Of a stretch of 64,000 nt of DNA, positions 63,782 through 64,000 are shown piece by piece (position 1 is the first letter of the stretch; every line of letters starts with the position of its first letter). The stretch is taken from positions 186,001 through 250,000 of the forward strand of contig NW_027272607.1 of assembly GCF_040938485.1 (NCBI RefSeq), read 5' to 3'. Position numbers and translations under genes: made by a program. The notes below the pieces were generated by a model that saw only the letters and a list, made by a program, of their open reading frames with translations, was not told the origin of the DNA and ran no database searches. The stretch comes from Diadema antillarum. Taxonomy: Eukaryota.

Positions 63782-64000
63782 AAACATGCAACAGCCCCAT
63801 GGAGGGCCAGAGTTGGACAGCACCAAGCACAAGGCCCCTGGGGAGCCAGTCGCCTCCCTGACAGCCTACGATGCTTACCCTAATTCAGCCACGGCAGCAA
63901 CGGACACCTTGGCTGACCGCCACACGGCCACGCAGGCCGACAAGCCCAGCACCAGCTCTAAGACAGACTCCTCCATGACAGGAATTCGCATGGGGCAGGA
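63782..64000 (+). CDS. ARNT: ARNT post-PAS exon (NMQQPHGGPELDSTKHK...), open to the window end
   Basis: ttttaacctag acceptor; phase matches the AA overhang of the previous exon; no stop before 64000. Sequence is divergent, so the assignment rests on position and phase. Confidence 0.8.

Overview
Eukaryotic (metazoan) genomic window, intron-rich and AT-rich. An invertebrate deuterostome such as a sea urchin is inferred from protein similarity, intron positions and repeat types; this was not confirmed by any search. Three genes are supported. (1) NAA35/MAK10 (NatC auxiliary subunit) on the minus strand: 10 coding exons reconstructed from a probable start at 12617 to 2341 (about 425 aa). The C-terminal remainder lies beyond the left edge. 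(2) An orphan polytopic membrane glycoprotein on the minus strand. The 642-aa ORF in the track appears to be one large exon (22903-21100) spliced to a hidden terminal exon (19917-19508) encoding a Cys/Trp repeat motif and a Gly/Glu tract, about 737 aa in total. (3) ARNT (bHLH-PAS) on the plus strand: 13 phase-consistent coding exons from 37331 to the right edge. The remainder holds an RTE LINE fragment abutting a perfect 264-bp-arm palindrome whose spacer copies its own terminus, CR1/L2-type LINE relics, many MITEs (TTAA Kolobok-like and piggyBac-like, CWG/TWA Harbinger-like, TA-flanked), microsatellites and three N gaps. Exon coordinates were read by hand from GT-AG sites and codon phase; nothing was computed or searched.
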